A DNA stretch of 64,000 bases from positions 43,173 through 107,172 of the forward strand of contig DATDFQ010000024.1 in assembly GCA_036522515.1 (NCBI GenBank), given 5' to 3'. This document shows, one piece after another, positions 37,109-45,946 of this stretch. A program made the translations under genes and the position numbers. Under the pieces are notes generated by a model. That model had not been told where the DNA came from. It was given only the letters and a program-made list of their open reading frames with translations, and did no database searches. Position 1 is the first letter of the stretch, and each line of letters opens with the position of its first letter. Source of the stretch: Bacteroidota bacterium (lineage in GTDB: Bacteria > Bacteroidota > Ignavibacteria > UBA10030 > SZUA-254).

Positions 37109-38251
37109 CTAAAAATCCCTCGTAAAGAAGAGATACAGGAACACTCCGCTCACTCCCAACTGAATCAACCGGTACACCGGCAGGTGATTTCTTCTCAAGA
37201 AATTCCAAACTGCTGCGCACGCGAAGAGAAAGGCCGTGAGAGCGAGCAGGACGCCCAGCGACGCCCCTATCCCCAGATCCTGGCCCAGTATTTCCTGGAG
37301 ATCAAGCTGGGGATTCACCGCCGATCCGTAAAGCAGAAAGAGGTGAATCACATAGACGAAGAGCGATTCCCTTCCGAGAAGCGTCAGGTACCCCTCCTTC
37401 TGCCGGAAACGCCCCGCAATACTCCAAAACCCGCACGTTATTAATAGCAACGCACCGGTCCGGATCAGGAAGTACTCGGGGCTCGTGAACCAGAAATTGT
37501 AGCTCGGATAAATCTGGACCGGCATCACGTCGAGGACCACGCCGGCCAGGATGAAACCCGTCCCGACCATGGAAAGGCGCTGGGCGAATTGGACTTCGCT
37601 CCCCTTCTCCGCGGCGGCGAGGAATTCCCACGAAACGATCGCCCCTGCGAACAGGAATCCGACAAAGGGGAAGAGCGGAAATGCCGATCCGTGGAGCCCG
37701 TTCAGGAGCTGCGCCGCCGGAAGAGGAAGGAAGTTCAGGAAGTCGACCTCCCACAACAGCGGAGTCAGAACGCATATCAGTCCCGTTATAACGGAGACAG
37801 CCACATAGAATCGCGTCTCCGATTTGAACAAGAAAACCAGCCCCTGCAGGAAAATCAGTCCGAACCCGATGCATGCCAGGACATCCGACTGGAAGAGCTG
37901 CAGGAGGTCCGCCGTTGTCCCTTCTACCATGATCTTCCGGAGCGAAAAGAACGGCAGGTGCACGACCAGCCCGAGGGCGAGGATGAGAAGATACCTCCTG
38001 AGTCTCCTCGCAACCGGCTCCCCCCAATGATGGTATTCGGCCCACCTCCGGCGGGTGGAGATCACAAATGTCAGCCCGGCCCCGAACAGGAAGGCCGGCG
38101 CCGTCAACCCGTGAAAGAACTCGTGCAACTGGAAGAGGTCCGACTGCTGCAAATCCCTGCTGAGGAGGCTGCGGAAGACGTGACCCTCCAACATCAGGAG
38201 GATGACGGCGGTCCTGTAAAGGTCGATGAAGAGAAGTCGCGGTTTGTCCAA
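37109..38251 (-). CDS. DUF1624 / HGSNAT-like acyltransferase-family polytopic membrane protein
   Basis: MDKPRLLFIDLYRTAVILLMLEGHVFRSLL... N-terminal R..LD..R motif and about 10 TM helices. Confidence 0.6.
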   Translation of the reverse strand: MDKPRLLFIDLYRTAVILLMLEGHVFRSLLSRDLQQSDLFQLHEFFHGLTAPAFLFGAGLTFVISTRRRWAEYHHWGEPVARRLRRYLLILALGLVVHLPFFSLRKIMVEGTTADLLQLFQSDVLACIGFGLIFLQGLVFLFKSETRFYVAVSVITGLICVLTPLLWEVDFLNFLPLPAAQLLNGLHGSAFPLFPFVGFLFAGAIVSWEFLAAAEKGSEVQFAQRLSMVGTGFILAGVVLDVMPVQIYPSYNFWFTSPEYFLIRTGALLLITCGFWSIAGRFRQKEGYLTLLGRESLFVYVIHLFLLYGSAVNPQLDLQEILGQDLGIGASLGVLLALTAFLFACAAVWNFLRRNHLPVYRLIQLGVSGVFLYLFFTRDF

Positions 38252-38294
38252 AATCGGGGGGTCTTAGCGGAGAGGTCCGCCGGGTGAGCTGCTC

Positions 38295-39278
38295 CTACGG
38301 AGCCAGTACACAGTTGATTGCGACGGTGTTGACGATGTCCTGTACGCTGCATCCGCGGGAAAGGTCGAAGGCCGGCTTCCGGAGGCCCTGAATGATCGGG
38401 CCGATCGCCTGCGCGCCGCCGAGACGTTCGGCGAGCTTGTAACCGATGTTTCCGGCATTGAGATCGGGGAAGATTAAGACGTTCGCATTTCCTTCGACGG
38501 GACTTTCGGGCGCCTTTGAGCGAGCCACGGACGGGACGATCGCGGCGTCAAGCTGTAATTCCCCGTCGACAAGGAGACCGGGCGCCTTTCGCCGCACAAT
38601 CGCAGTGGCTTGCTGCACCTTTTCGATGAACGGGTGCGCAGCGCTTCCTTTCGTAGAGAACGAAAGCATCGCCACTCTCGGTTCCTCGCCGCTCAATTTC
38701 CGGTGATTCTCCGCCGTCGCCAGAGCGATGTCTGCGAGCTGTTCCACCGTCGGATCCGGCACGACTGCGCAATCGGCAAACGTAAATACCCTGTGGGGGA
38801 AGACCATCAGGAAGAAGCTCGACACGACGCCGATACCATCCTGCAATCCGATGACCTGAATCGCCGCGCGAAGCACGTCGCCGGTGGTGGACAGGGAACC
38901 GGCCACGCTCCCATGGGCCATTCCCTCCCTTACCATCATTGCTCCGAAAAAAAGAGGGTTCAGCATCGCCTTGCGTGCCGCGTCAAGATCGATCCCCTTC
39001 TGTTTCCGAAGGTTGAAGAAGAGGTTCGTGAAATCGCTGAGCTTATCCGATTTGGAGGGATCGACAATCCGGGTGTTCTTCAAATCGATCGAGAGCGAGC
39101 CGGCGTTCGAACGGATCGCCGTCTCATCGCCGACCAGGATGGGCTTCGCGAGTGCTTCTTCCGAGAGAATCGCAGCCGCTTCCAGCATCCTCTTGTCGAG
39201 GGCGTCGGGAAGGACCACGGCCTTCTTTAACTTTTTGGCCTGCTCCCGGAGGCTCTTAAGGAGATCAGATGGTAGCAT
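38295..39278 (-). CDS. pta: phosphate acetyl/butyryl-transferase (Pta/Ptb family)
   Basis: ...[15 protein letters not shown]...[16 protein letters not shown]...[17 protein letters not shown]...SRGCSV. Start at MLPSDLL (ATG about 39278). Confidence 0.8.
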   Translation of the reverse strand: MLPSDLLKSLREQAKKLKKAVVLPDALDKRMLEAAAILSEEALAKPILVGDETAIRSNAGSLSIDLKNTRIVDPSKSDKLSDFTNLFFNLRKQKGIDLDAARKAMLNPLFFGAMMVREGMAHGSVAGSLSTTGDVLRAAIQVIGLQDGIGVVSSFFLMVFPHRVFTFADCAVVPDPTVEQLADIALATAENHRKLSGEEPRVAMLSFSTKGSAAHPFIEKVQQATAIVRRKAPGLLVDGELQLDAAIVPSVARSKAPESPVEGNANVLIFPDLNAGNIGYKLAERLGGAQAIGPIIQGLRKPAFDLSRGCSVQDIVNTVAINCVLAP

Positions 39279-39463
39279 GGGAGGGCAAAATACGAAAAAG
39301 GCCGCTCGTAATCCACATCGGCAGAAAAAAGCAGGCACCCCAGGTTGCTGCTAAACTTCTCTTTCCGGTGACAAAGGTATTTCGAGCGGAGCTTACACCA
39401 TCTGATTTTAGCCGGATCCTTTGTTTGCCCCGTTTTGTGCCGGAGCCGCGGTTGTTCCATAGA

Positions 39464-39492
39464 TTGACATTGTATATATAATGTCATATATT
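39464..39492 (+). promoter_or_regulatory. brnTA promoter with embedded palindromic operator: TTGACA-17-TATATT; palindrome TGACAT-N10-ATGTCA fills the spacer
   Basis: ttgacattgtatatataatgtcatatatt. -35 at 39464-39469, -10 at 39487-39492. The GTG start of brnT at 39498 falls at the predicted +1, which gives a leaderless or near-leaderless transcript. Confidence 0.5.
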
Positions 39493-39497
39493 CAATC

Positions 39498-39767
39498 GTG
39501 GACTTTCTGTGGGACGAAGATAAGAACAAGAAGCTCAAAAAAGAGCGAGGTATTTCGTTTGAAGAAGTCGCCGATCTCATCATTCGGAAGCAATACGTTA
39601 AGATCGTCAAACACAACAAGCGTCCGCGACAGTGGATTTTTCTGATCCCTATTCGCGGATACATTCATGCCGTTCCGTTTGTACTAGACGATGAAAACAA
39701 TATCGTACTCAAGACAATATTTCCAAGCCGAGATTTCCATCGACAATACGGAGAGCAAGCCCCATGA
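39498..39767 (+). CDS. brnT: BrnT-family (DUF497) type II toxin
   Basis: MDFLWDEDKNKKLKKERGISFEEVADLI... matches the BrnT signature (FEWDENKN..N..KHGVSFEEA). 4-nt overlap with the downstream antitoxin. Local AT-richer composition. Confidence 0.75.
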   Translation: MDFLWDEDKNKKLKKERGISFEEVADLIIRKQYVKIVKHNKRPRQWIFLIPIRGYIHAVPFVLDDENNIVLKTIFPSRDFHRQYGEQAP

Positions 39768-40078
39768 AGCTAAAACTTGACAAGGGAGAGAGGAAAATCG
39801 AGTCTTCCGCCAAAGACTATCGCCCCATTTCGAGAAAGGAACTCGCGAAGCTGGAAGGTGTTTTGGAAAGGATCCGAAAAACGCGGAATGTAAACATCCG
39901 AATCTCGGAGATGGTTCTTGAAGAACTGAAGAAACGCTCCCGTGAGGAAGGTATTCCGTATCAAACCCTGATTTCCAGCATTCTACATAAGTTCGTGACA
40001 AATCGGCTCGTTGATGAGAAGGCCCTCCGGAGATCGATCCAACTTCTCACAGAACGGCGAAAGAAAGCTGTCGTTTGA
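39764..40078 (+). CDS. brnA: BrnA-family antitoxin (ribbon-helix-helix)
   Basis: ...NIRISEMVLEELKKRSREEGIPYQTLISSILHKFV... matches the BrnA C-terminal pattern (LP..LLE.LK..A...GIPYQ.LI...L...V). Confidence 0.7.
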   Translation: MKLKLDKGERKIESSAKDYRPISRKELAKLEGVLERIRKTRNVNIRISEMVLEELKKRSREEGIPYQTLISSILHKFVTNRLVDEKALRRSIQLLTERRKKAVV

Positions 40079-40204
40079 GGCCGAAAGGCGATGGCATCTT
40101 ACAGGGCAAAACATAAAAAAGACCGGGCGTATTCCACATCCGGCAATAACAAACGCCCCCAGGGATAGATCCGACGCCCAATAGAACAACCCGTGCGGGG
40201 TATC

Positions 40205-41626
40205 CTATTTTAGAAGAATCATTTTCCTGATACCGCTATAGAGAAGCCTGCTTCCATCGAGGTTCTCCGCCCGGATCCGGTAAAAATAGACTCCGGACGA
40301 AACCCTCGAACCGTCGAACTCCACCTCGTTCGCGCCCTGATCGAAATGTTCTTTTGAAGCGAGGGTGGCAACCTTCACGCCCAGGATGTCATAAATGTCG
40401 ATTGTTACCAGCGCTTCGTCCGCGAGTTCAAATTCGATCGTCGTCAGAGGATTGAATGGGTTTGGGAAATTCTGTCCGAGCGCGAAGCGATCGGGTTCAT
40501 CGACGCCAAGTTCAGATCCCGCCCGATGCAGAACGGGGGGCGATGCGGAAGCATTGGGGTGTAGAAATAAGGGAAGCGGACTTCTACCCGCGATTCGAAG
40601 GGGTTGAAATGAAGTCGCAGTATAGGGTCCGTTGAAGGCGTTATTGATGCGGCTGATGACAGAGTCGACATGACCATAGAAGGACGGGTCGAAGTTCGAA
40701 CAATAGGTCAGCGCCGAATCCGCCAGATGGGCAATCTGGCGAACGGTCAGATTGTTAAACGCTTCACCCGGATTACCGGGGTCGGAGTAGATCAGGTCAC
40801 CCAGCCGCGTGGCAGGGGTGTCGGGTTCAGTCATCCCGTAATCGTTCGCGATGACCGCAAGCTTAAGGGCATGCAGGTCTCCAAGGAGGAGATTGTTGTG
40901 TTTCGGTACATGTGGATTCCTCAACTGGCCGACGAACGGCTTCACTCCCCCCAAACCGGTGACGATTTCATCGAGACAACGGGGAGTTGCGCTGTGTGGA
41001 AAGAACCTCCTGTCCGCATTTACATATCTGATCCATCCCCGCACCCGGGCGCTGTCGTGATCTCTTTGCTCGAGGCCAAGGATGAGGCCATCCGGCCTTG
41101 TGATGATCCTTTTATAGAGATAGTCGCGCACGTTTCCGGCATTGGGCCGAATATAGGTGTCAAGTATTCCATCAGCATGCATTCCGGCGTTGACGGGGCC
41201 GATCCGGCTTAACGGTGCGTTCTGCCAGTCGCTGTCCGGAATTCCTCCAAGCCACCACCACCATTCAACGGTCGTGTATTTCATAATGCTGTTGTGAATG
41301 AGCAGATAAAACGCGACAGAACTATCCGGGAGAATCGGGTCGGAGAGCGTTATCAGATCGAGACTGTCATTCCAGGGAATGCGTAAATGCATGTCGTGGG
41401 CGACGTCGAACGCCAGTGGCACCCTGGAGAAGTGAACATGAAGGCCCCAGACCGTGTCGGTCCGGGTATTGTGGAAGATAAAGCGGAGATATCTATTCCC
41501 AACTCTGCCCGCCTTCGTCTCCTTGGGGAGACTGAGCTCCGCCTGGTCGAAGGTGCGATAGTTCGGTTGCGCCTGGAGTAGAACGGAAAAGAGAATGGTG
41601 GACAACAGAGTGGATGTACGTTTCAC
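40205..41626 (-). CDS. secreted protein with T9SS C-terminal sorting domain; N-terminal region of unknown function
   Basis: Signal peptide MKRTSTLLSTILFSVLLQAQ. C-terminus LGQNFPNPFNPLTTIEFELADEALVTIDIYDILGVKVATL...GVYFYRIRAENLDGS (Por_Secre_tail). Confidence 0.75.
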   Translation of the reverse strand: MKRTSTLLSTILFSVLLQAQPNYRTFDQAELSLPKETKAGRVGNRYLRFIFHNTRTDTVWGLHVHFSRVPLAFDVAHDMHLRIPWNDSLDLITLSDPILPDSSVAFYLLIHNSIMKYTTVEWWWWLGGIPDSDWQNAPLSRIGPVNAGMHADGILDTYIRPNAGNVRDYLYKRIITRPDGLILGLEQRDHDSARVRGWIRYVNADRRFFPHSATPRCLDEIVTGLGGVKPFVGQLRNPHVPKHNNLLLGDLHALKLAVIANDYGMTEPDTPATRLGDLIYSDPGNPGEAFNNLTVRQIAHLADSALTYCSNFDPSFYGHVDSVISRINNAFNGPYTATSFQPLRIAGRSPLPLFLHPNASASPPVLHRAGSELGVDEPDRFALGQNFPNPFNPLTTIEFELADEALVTIDIYDILGVKVATLASKEHFDQGANEVEFDGSRVSSGVYFYRIRAENLDGSRLLYSGIRKMILLK

Positions 41627-42040
41627 ATTATGCTTCCTTTCCTCCTGGAACTTCCCCCCAGATCAGTGGCGCCTCCCCATCGGCCGGTACAAGCAGGCAC
41701 CCTATTAGTAGGAATAATTCTCGCTAAAGTCAACGGGATTATGAAGCTACGGACTGGCTGGCGACATCGAATGCCGATTGAGCCCTCCCCGCAATATGCA
41801 CCCAATCAGGGATCCCCAACCGCCAGGCAGATTGATATGGGATCCAACCTCTGACTTCTTGTCAAACCGAAAAAGCGTCCAAGTTCTTCTAAATTGTGCC
41901 AATAGTATTAAATTCCTTTAACGGAAAGAAGATGCTTTGACTTTCTGTCAGTTTCTTGGTATCTTTCTCCCCAGACTGGGTTGACAAGTGGTTTTTACCC
42001 CCGAATCGGACCGTTGCTCCGAGCCTAATTCCAAAGCCCG

Positions 42041-43444
42041 ATGGCTGAAAAAAAGAAGCGAATCTACATCGAAACATACGGTTGCCAGATGAACGTCTCT
42101 GACTCGGAGGTCGTTCTGGGCATTCTTTCCGAAGCGGGACACGAAGTGACTACCTCGCTTGAGGATGCGGATGTCGTTCTGGTCAATACCTGCAGCGTGC
42201 GCGAAAACGCGGAGCAGAGGGTCTATGGGAGGCTCGGGGAATTCAAGCGGCTCAAGGCGAGGAAACCGGAAGTCGTAGTCGGATTGTTGGGTTGTATGGC
42301 GGAGCGGCTCCGCGGCAAGCTGAGCGGCGTGAAGGCCCAGGGGGTGGGCCAGATCGTCGATGTGATCATCGGACCCGACGAATACCGCAAAGTGAACACG
42401 CTCATCGAGAACGCCTGGCACGGCCAGAAGGGAGTGGCCGTCCAGCTCTCGAGGGTTGAAACCTACGACGATATCACCCCGTTGCGGACGGACGGAGTGA
42501 GCGCATGGATTACCGTTATGAGGGGATGCGACAAATTCTGCTCCTTCTGCGTCGTCCCGTTCACTCGCGGCCGGGAACGAAGCAGGCAGCTCTCAACGAT
42601 CGTCAACGAGGTCGAGGCGCTTTCCTCGCGGGGGTTCAAGGAAGTCACCTTGCTGGGGCAAAACGTGAACTCCTACCGTGACGGCAATGACGATTTCGCA
42701 GATCTCCTCGCAGCCGTCGCCGGCGTCGATGCATCCGTCCGCGTCCGATTCACGACTTCCCATCCGCAGGACATGTCCGATAAGCTCATCGGTACCATCG
42801 CAGGCAGGAAGAATATCTGCAATTATGTCCATCTGCCGGTCCAGTCCGGGTCAGACAGAATTCTCGGGCTGATGAACCGGACCTACAATCGCGCTCACTA
42901 TGAGCGGCTGGTTCGGAATATCCGAGAGGCGATTCCCCGGGTCACGCTCACGACCGACACCATCACGGGATTTCCCACCGAGACCGAGGAGGATCACCGC
43001 CGGACGCTCGAATTAATGGAGCAGGTACGGTACGACGGCGCCTACACGTTCAAGTATTCCCCCAGAGAGGCCACTCCCTCGTTCAACATGGGAGACGACG
43101 TTTCCGACGAGGTGAAGTCGAGGCGGATCGGCGAAGTCCTCGAGCTGCAGAAATCAATTTCGGAAGAGATCAACCGGGGGCTCGTCGGGCAATCCTTCGA
43201 AGTCCTTGTCGAGGGCGAGAGCAAGAAATCGCCCGATGAATGGCAGGGACGCACGGACGGCAACAAAACCGTCATATTTCCGAAGAACGGTTATTTGGCC
43301 GGGCAATATGTCAACGTCACCATTCAGCGGGCGGGTGCCGCCACGCTCTTCGGCGTCGCCGATCCCGGGGGAGATCACCTTGCGCCTCGAAGAGACTTGT
43401 CACGTCACCCCCAACCTACCCGCCCATCCGAGATCGCAGCATGA
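42041..43444 (+). CDS. miaB: tRNA-i6A37 methylthiotransferase MiaB (radical SAM, UPF0004 N-domain, TRAM C-domain)
   Basis: IYIETYGCQMNVSDSEV... and radical-SAM CDKFCSFCVVP, plus a C-terminal TRAM. Stop overlaps the next start (ATGA). Confidence 0.9.
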   Translation: MAEKKKRIYIETYGCQMNVSDSEVVLGILSEAGHEVTTSLEDADVVLVNTCSVRENAEQRVYGRLGEFKRLKARKPEVVVGLLGCMAERLRGKLSGVKAQGVGQIVDVIIGPDEYRKVNTLIENAWHGQKGVAVQLSRVETYDDITPLRTDGVSAWITVMRGCDKFCSFCVVPFTRGRERSRQLSTIVNEVEALSSRGFKEVTLLGQNVNSYRDGNDDFADLLAAVAGVDASVRVRFTTSHPQDMSDKLIGTIAGRKNICNYVHLPVQSGSDRILGLMNRTYNRAHYERLVRNIREAIPRVTLTTDTITGFPTETEEDHRRTLELMEQVRYDGAYTFKYSPREATPSFNMGDDVSDEVKSRRIGEVLELQKSISEEINRGLVGQSFEVLVEGESKKSPDEWQGRTDGNKTVIFPKNGYLAGQYVNVTIQRAGAATLFGVADPGGDHLAPRRDLSRHPQPTRPSEIAA

Positions 43445-44262
43445 AGCCAGTGCGGATCAATACCTTGGGGTTCATCAGACCCACGATCGTTTTGGGCATA
43501 TTCCTCCTGCAGGTAACGGCATCGCTCCGCCTCACGGCGCAATCAAATTCCGATGAGGTGAAAAATTACATCCGGATGCTCGATCAATCCCGGACAGACG
43601 ATGTGCGCCGCGCACTGCCGGATCTTGTGACCAAGTACCAGAACACGCCGGAACTCCTCTACCTCGAAGGCCGGCTCGCTGCCGACGGGATTGAGGCCGT
43701 CAAGTTCTACCAGAGCGTCGTCGATAATTTCCCGAAGTCGGAGTACGCGCCCGATGCCCTGCACCGGATTTACCAGTACTATTATGCGATCGGCCTCTAC
43801 CGGACAGCCGAGAAGAAACTCGCCCAGCTCAAGAGCAGCTATCCGAATTCGAACCTCGTGAGCGGAACTGTCGCCGCGAAGCTCCCGAAGGACGAAGAAC
43901 CAGCCATTAAACTGCCCCAGAAGGACACCGCGTCGAGCGATACTCCCGCGGCCCCCAGCGAAATCCCGGTCGCTCCAAGCAAAACCCCCGTGACTGCCAC
44001 GGAGAAGCCGGCGCCGGTCGCCTCGAAAAAACCGTACACGCTTCAGGTCGGGGCCTTTTCGACCGTCTCAAACGCCGAAAAACAAAAGGGATATTTTGAA
44101 GAACTCGGGATGACGGCCGAGATTACGAACAAGATCCGGGGCGGCCGCAGCCTTCATCTTGTCTGGGTCGGAAGCTACACGAACGCCGATGAGGCAAAGC
44201 AGGCCGGCAGGGAGATTAAATCCAAGTACAAAATCGATTCGATTGTCGTCGAAAAGTATTGA
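43441..44262 (+). CDS. TPR-like N-domain plus C-terminal SPOR (peptidoglycan-binding) domain protein
   Basis: Signal/anchor MKPVRINTLGFIRPTIVLGIFLLQVTA. Pro/Thr-rich linker. YTLQVGAFSTVSNAEKQKGYFEELGMTAEI...LHLVWVGSYTNADEAKQAGREIK matches the SPOR fold pattern. Confidence 0.75.
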   Translation: MKPVRINTLGFIRPTIVLGIFLLQVTASLRLTAQSNSDEVKNYIRMLDQSRTDDVRRALPDLVTKYQNTPELLYLEGRLAADGIEAVKFYQSVVDNFPKSEYAPDALHRIYQYYYAIGLYRTAEKKLAQLKSSYPNSNLVSGTVAAKLPKDEEPAIKLPQKDTASSDTPAAPSEIPVAPSKTPVTATEKPAPVASKKPYTLQVGAFSTVSNAEKQKGYFEELGMTAEITNKIRGGRSLHLVWVGSYTNADEAKQAGREIKSKYKIDSIVVEKY

Positions 44263-44263
44263 A

Positions 44264-45400
44264 ATGACGGACCGCAGCCAATTCCAGCAAGAGCACGGTA
44301 TCATCGGAGATTCGATCGAGATCAGGGAGATCATCGACGTGATCCTCCAGGTGGCACCCACCGACATTACTGTGCTTATTACCGGGGAGAGCGGCGCGGG
44401 AAAAGAAGTCATCGCCAAGGCGATCCACCAGGCGAGCAAGCGCGCCGATAAGCCGATGATTTCCGTCAATGCCGGTGCGATTCCGGAAGGAATTATCGAA
44501 AGCGAGCTCTTCGGCCACGAGAAGGGGGCCTTCACGGGAGCCGGCGAAACTCGCAAGGGGTATTTCGAGCTGGCGGACGGCGGAACCATATTTCTGGACG
44601 AGATCGGCGAGCTCCCGATCGGAACCCAGGTGAAGTTTTTGCGGGTCCTCGAGAACGGCGAGTATATGCGTGTCGGGTCCGCGACTCCGAGAAAGGTGAA
44701 CGTCCGCGTCATCGCCGCGACCAACAAGGATCTTGAGGCGGAAGTCCGACAGGGCGATTTCAGGAGCGACCTCTTCTTCCGGCTCCGGTCGATCAACATC
44801 CGGGTTCCCGCGCTCCGGGAGCGGCGCAACGACATTCCCGTGTTCGTCGATACGTTCGCGCGGCAGATCGCGGAAAAGAACAGGCTCACCTTCGCCGGAT
44901 TTACGCGCGAGGCGGTCGAGCTCTTAAAGAATTACGACTGGCCGGGAAACGTGAGAGAGCTCCGGAACGTCATCGAAAGCATGCTCGTCATCGAGCGCGG
45001 CAAGCAGATCGATGCGGAAGACGTCCGGAAGTACCTGAGGAACCTCCACGAGGACGGCCGGAACCTTCCGGTCTATGCCCCGAAGAGCTCCGAGCAGGCG
45101 GAGCGGGAGCTCATCTACCGGGCCCTCCTCGAAATGAAGGGCGATATCATGGATATCAAGCATTACCTCCAGCGGGGAAACGGGCATTCCGTCTCCTCCG
45201 GCTCGAGCGTGATCGAGGCCAGCGTCGATACGGAGAGCTCGCCGGCGCAGGACAAGTTCCTCCCCCTCGACGAGGTGGCCAAGCGGATGATCATCCAGGC
45301 CCTCGAGCGGTACACGGGGAACCGCCGCCTCGCCGCGAAGGCGCTCAACATCAGCGAGCGAACGCTCTACCGGAAAATCAAGGAGTACGGGCTTGATTGA
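44264..45400 (+). CDS. sigma-54-dependent transcriptional activator (AAA+ plus Fis-type HTH) without an N-terminal receiver or sensor domain
   Basis: GESGAGKEVIAKAIH (Walker A), ESELFGHEKGAFTGA (GAFTGA loop), DEIGEL, RVIAATN, C-terminal LAAKALNISERTLYRKIKEY HTH. The protein begins directly with the AAA+ module. Confidence 0.85.
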   Translation: MTDRSQFQQEHGIIGDSIEIREIIDVILQVAPTDITVLITGESGAGKEVIAKAIHQASKRADKPMISVNAGAIPEGIIESELFGHEKGAFTGAGETRKGYFELADGGTIFLDEIGELPIGTQVKFLRVLENGEYMRVGSATPRKVNVRVIAATNKDLEAEVRQGDFRSDLFFRLRSINIRVPALRERRNDIPVFVDTFARQIAEKNRLTFAGFTREAVELLKNYDWPGNVRELRNVIESMLVIERGKQIDAEDVRKYLRNLHEDGRNLPVYAPKSSEQAERELIYRALLEMKGDIMDIKHYLQRGNGHSVSSGSSVIEASVDTESSPAQDKFLPLDEVAKRMIIQALERYTGNRRLAAKALNISERTLYRKIKEYGLD

Positions 45401-45409
45401 GGAGTACTC

Positions 45410-45910
45410 TTGCGGCGCGTTCTGATCTTCATCGCCGCCGCGGCTCTCGTCGGAAACTCAGGATGCGTCTATTCCTTCAAGGGATCGTCAGTTCCGGCGC
45501 ACCTGAAAACGATCGCGATCCCGCTGTTCGACGACCAGAGCGGATCGGGCGAACCCGGACTGAGGGAACAGCTCACAAACAAGCTGATCGAGCGCTTCAA
45601 GCAGGACAACAGCCTCGAAGTGAGCGACAAGTCGCACTCCGACTCGATGATCGAGGGGACGATCTCCTCGATGACCGACCAGCCTCTCGTCGTGGTGGCG
45701 GGTGAGGCGGTCACCAAACGGCACATCACCGTCAATACGAATGTGTCATATCAGGATCTGAAGTTGCACAAGAAAATATTCGAAAAGCAGTTTTCCGACT
45801 GGGGCGATTACGACGTCAGCGGCGGTCCGGCGCAGAGGGCAAGCGCCGTCACCGCGGCGCTTGACAAGCTGGCCGAAGACATCCTGAACGAGACCGTTTC
45901 AGGCTGGTAA
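45410..45910 (+). CDS. lptE: LptE-like LPS-assembly lipoprotein
   Basis: Lipobox LVGNSGC. KTIAIPLFDDQSG...GLREQLTNKLIERF... resembles the LptE family. Size 166 aa. Confidence 0.55.
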   Translation: MRRVLIFIAAAALVGNSGCVYSFKGSSVPAHLKTIAIPLFDDQSGSGEPGLREQLTNKLIERFKQDNSLEVSDKSHSDSMIEGTISSMTDQPLVVVAGEAVTKRHITVNTNVSYQDLKLHKKIFEKQFSDWGDYDVSGGPAQRASAVTAALDKLAEDILNETVSGW

Positions 45911-45946
45911 TTCACTGATTCTTCACAAGTAGACAACGCAGCGTCT

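Noticed and set aside
42408-42425. TGGCACG sequence resembling a sigma54 -24 element
   Set aside because: Lies inside the miaB coding region and lacks a -12 TTGC(A/T) partner at the correct spacing.
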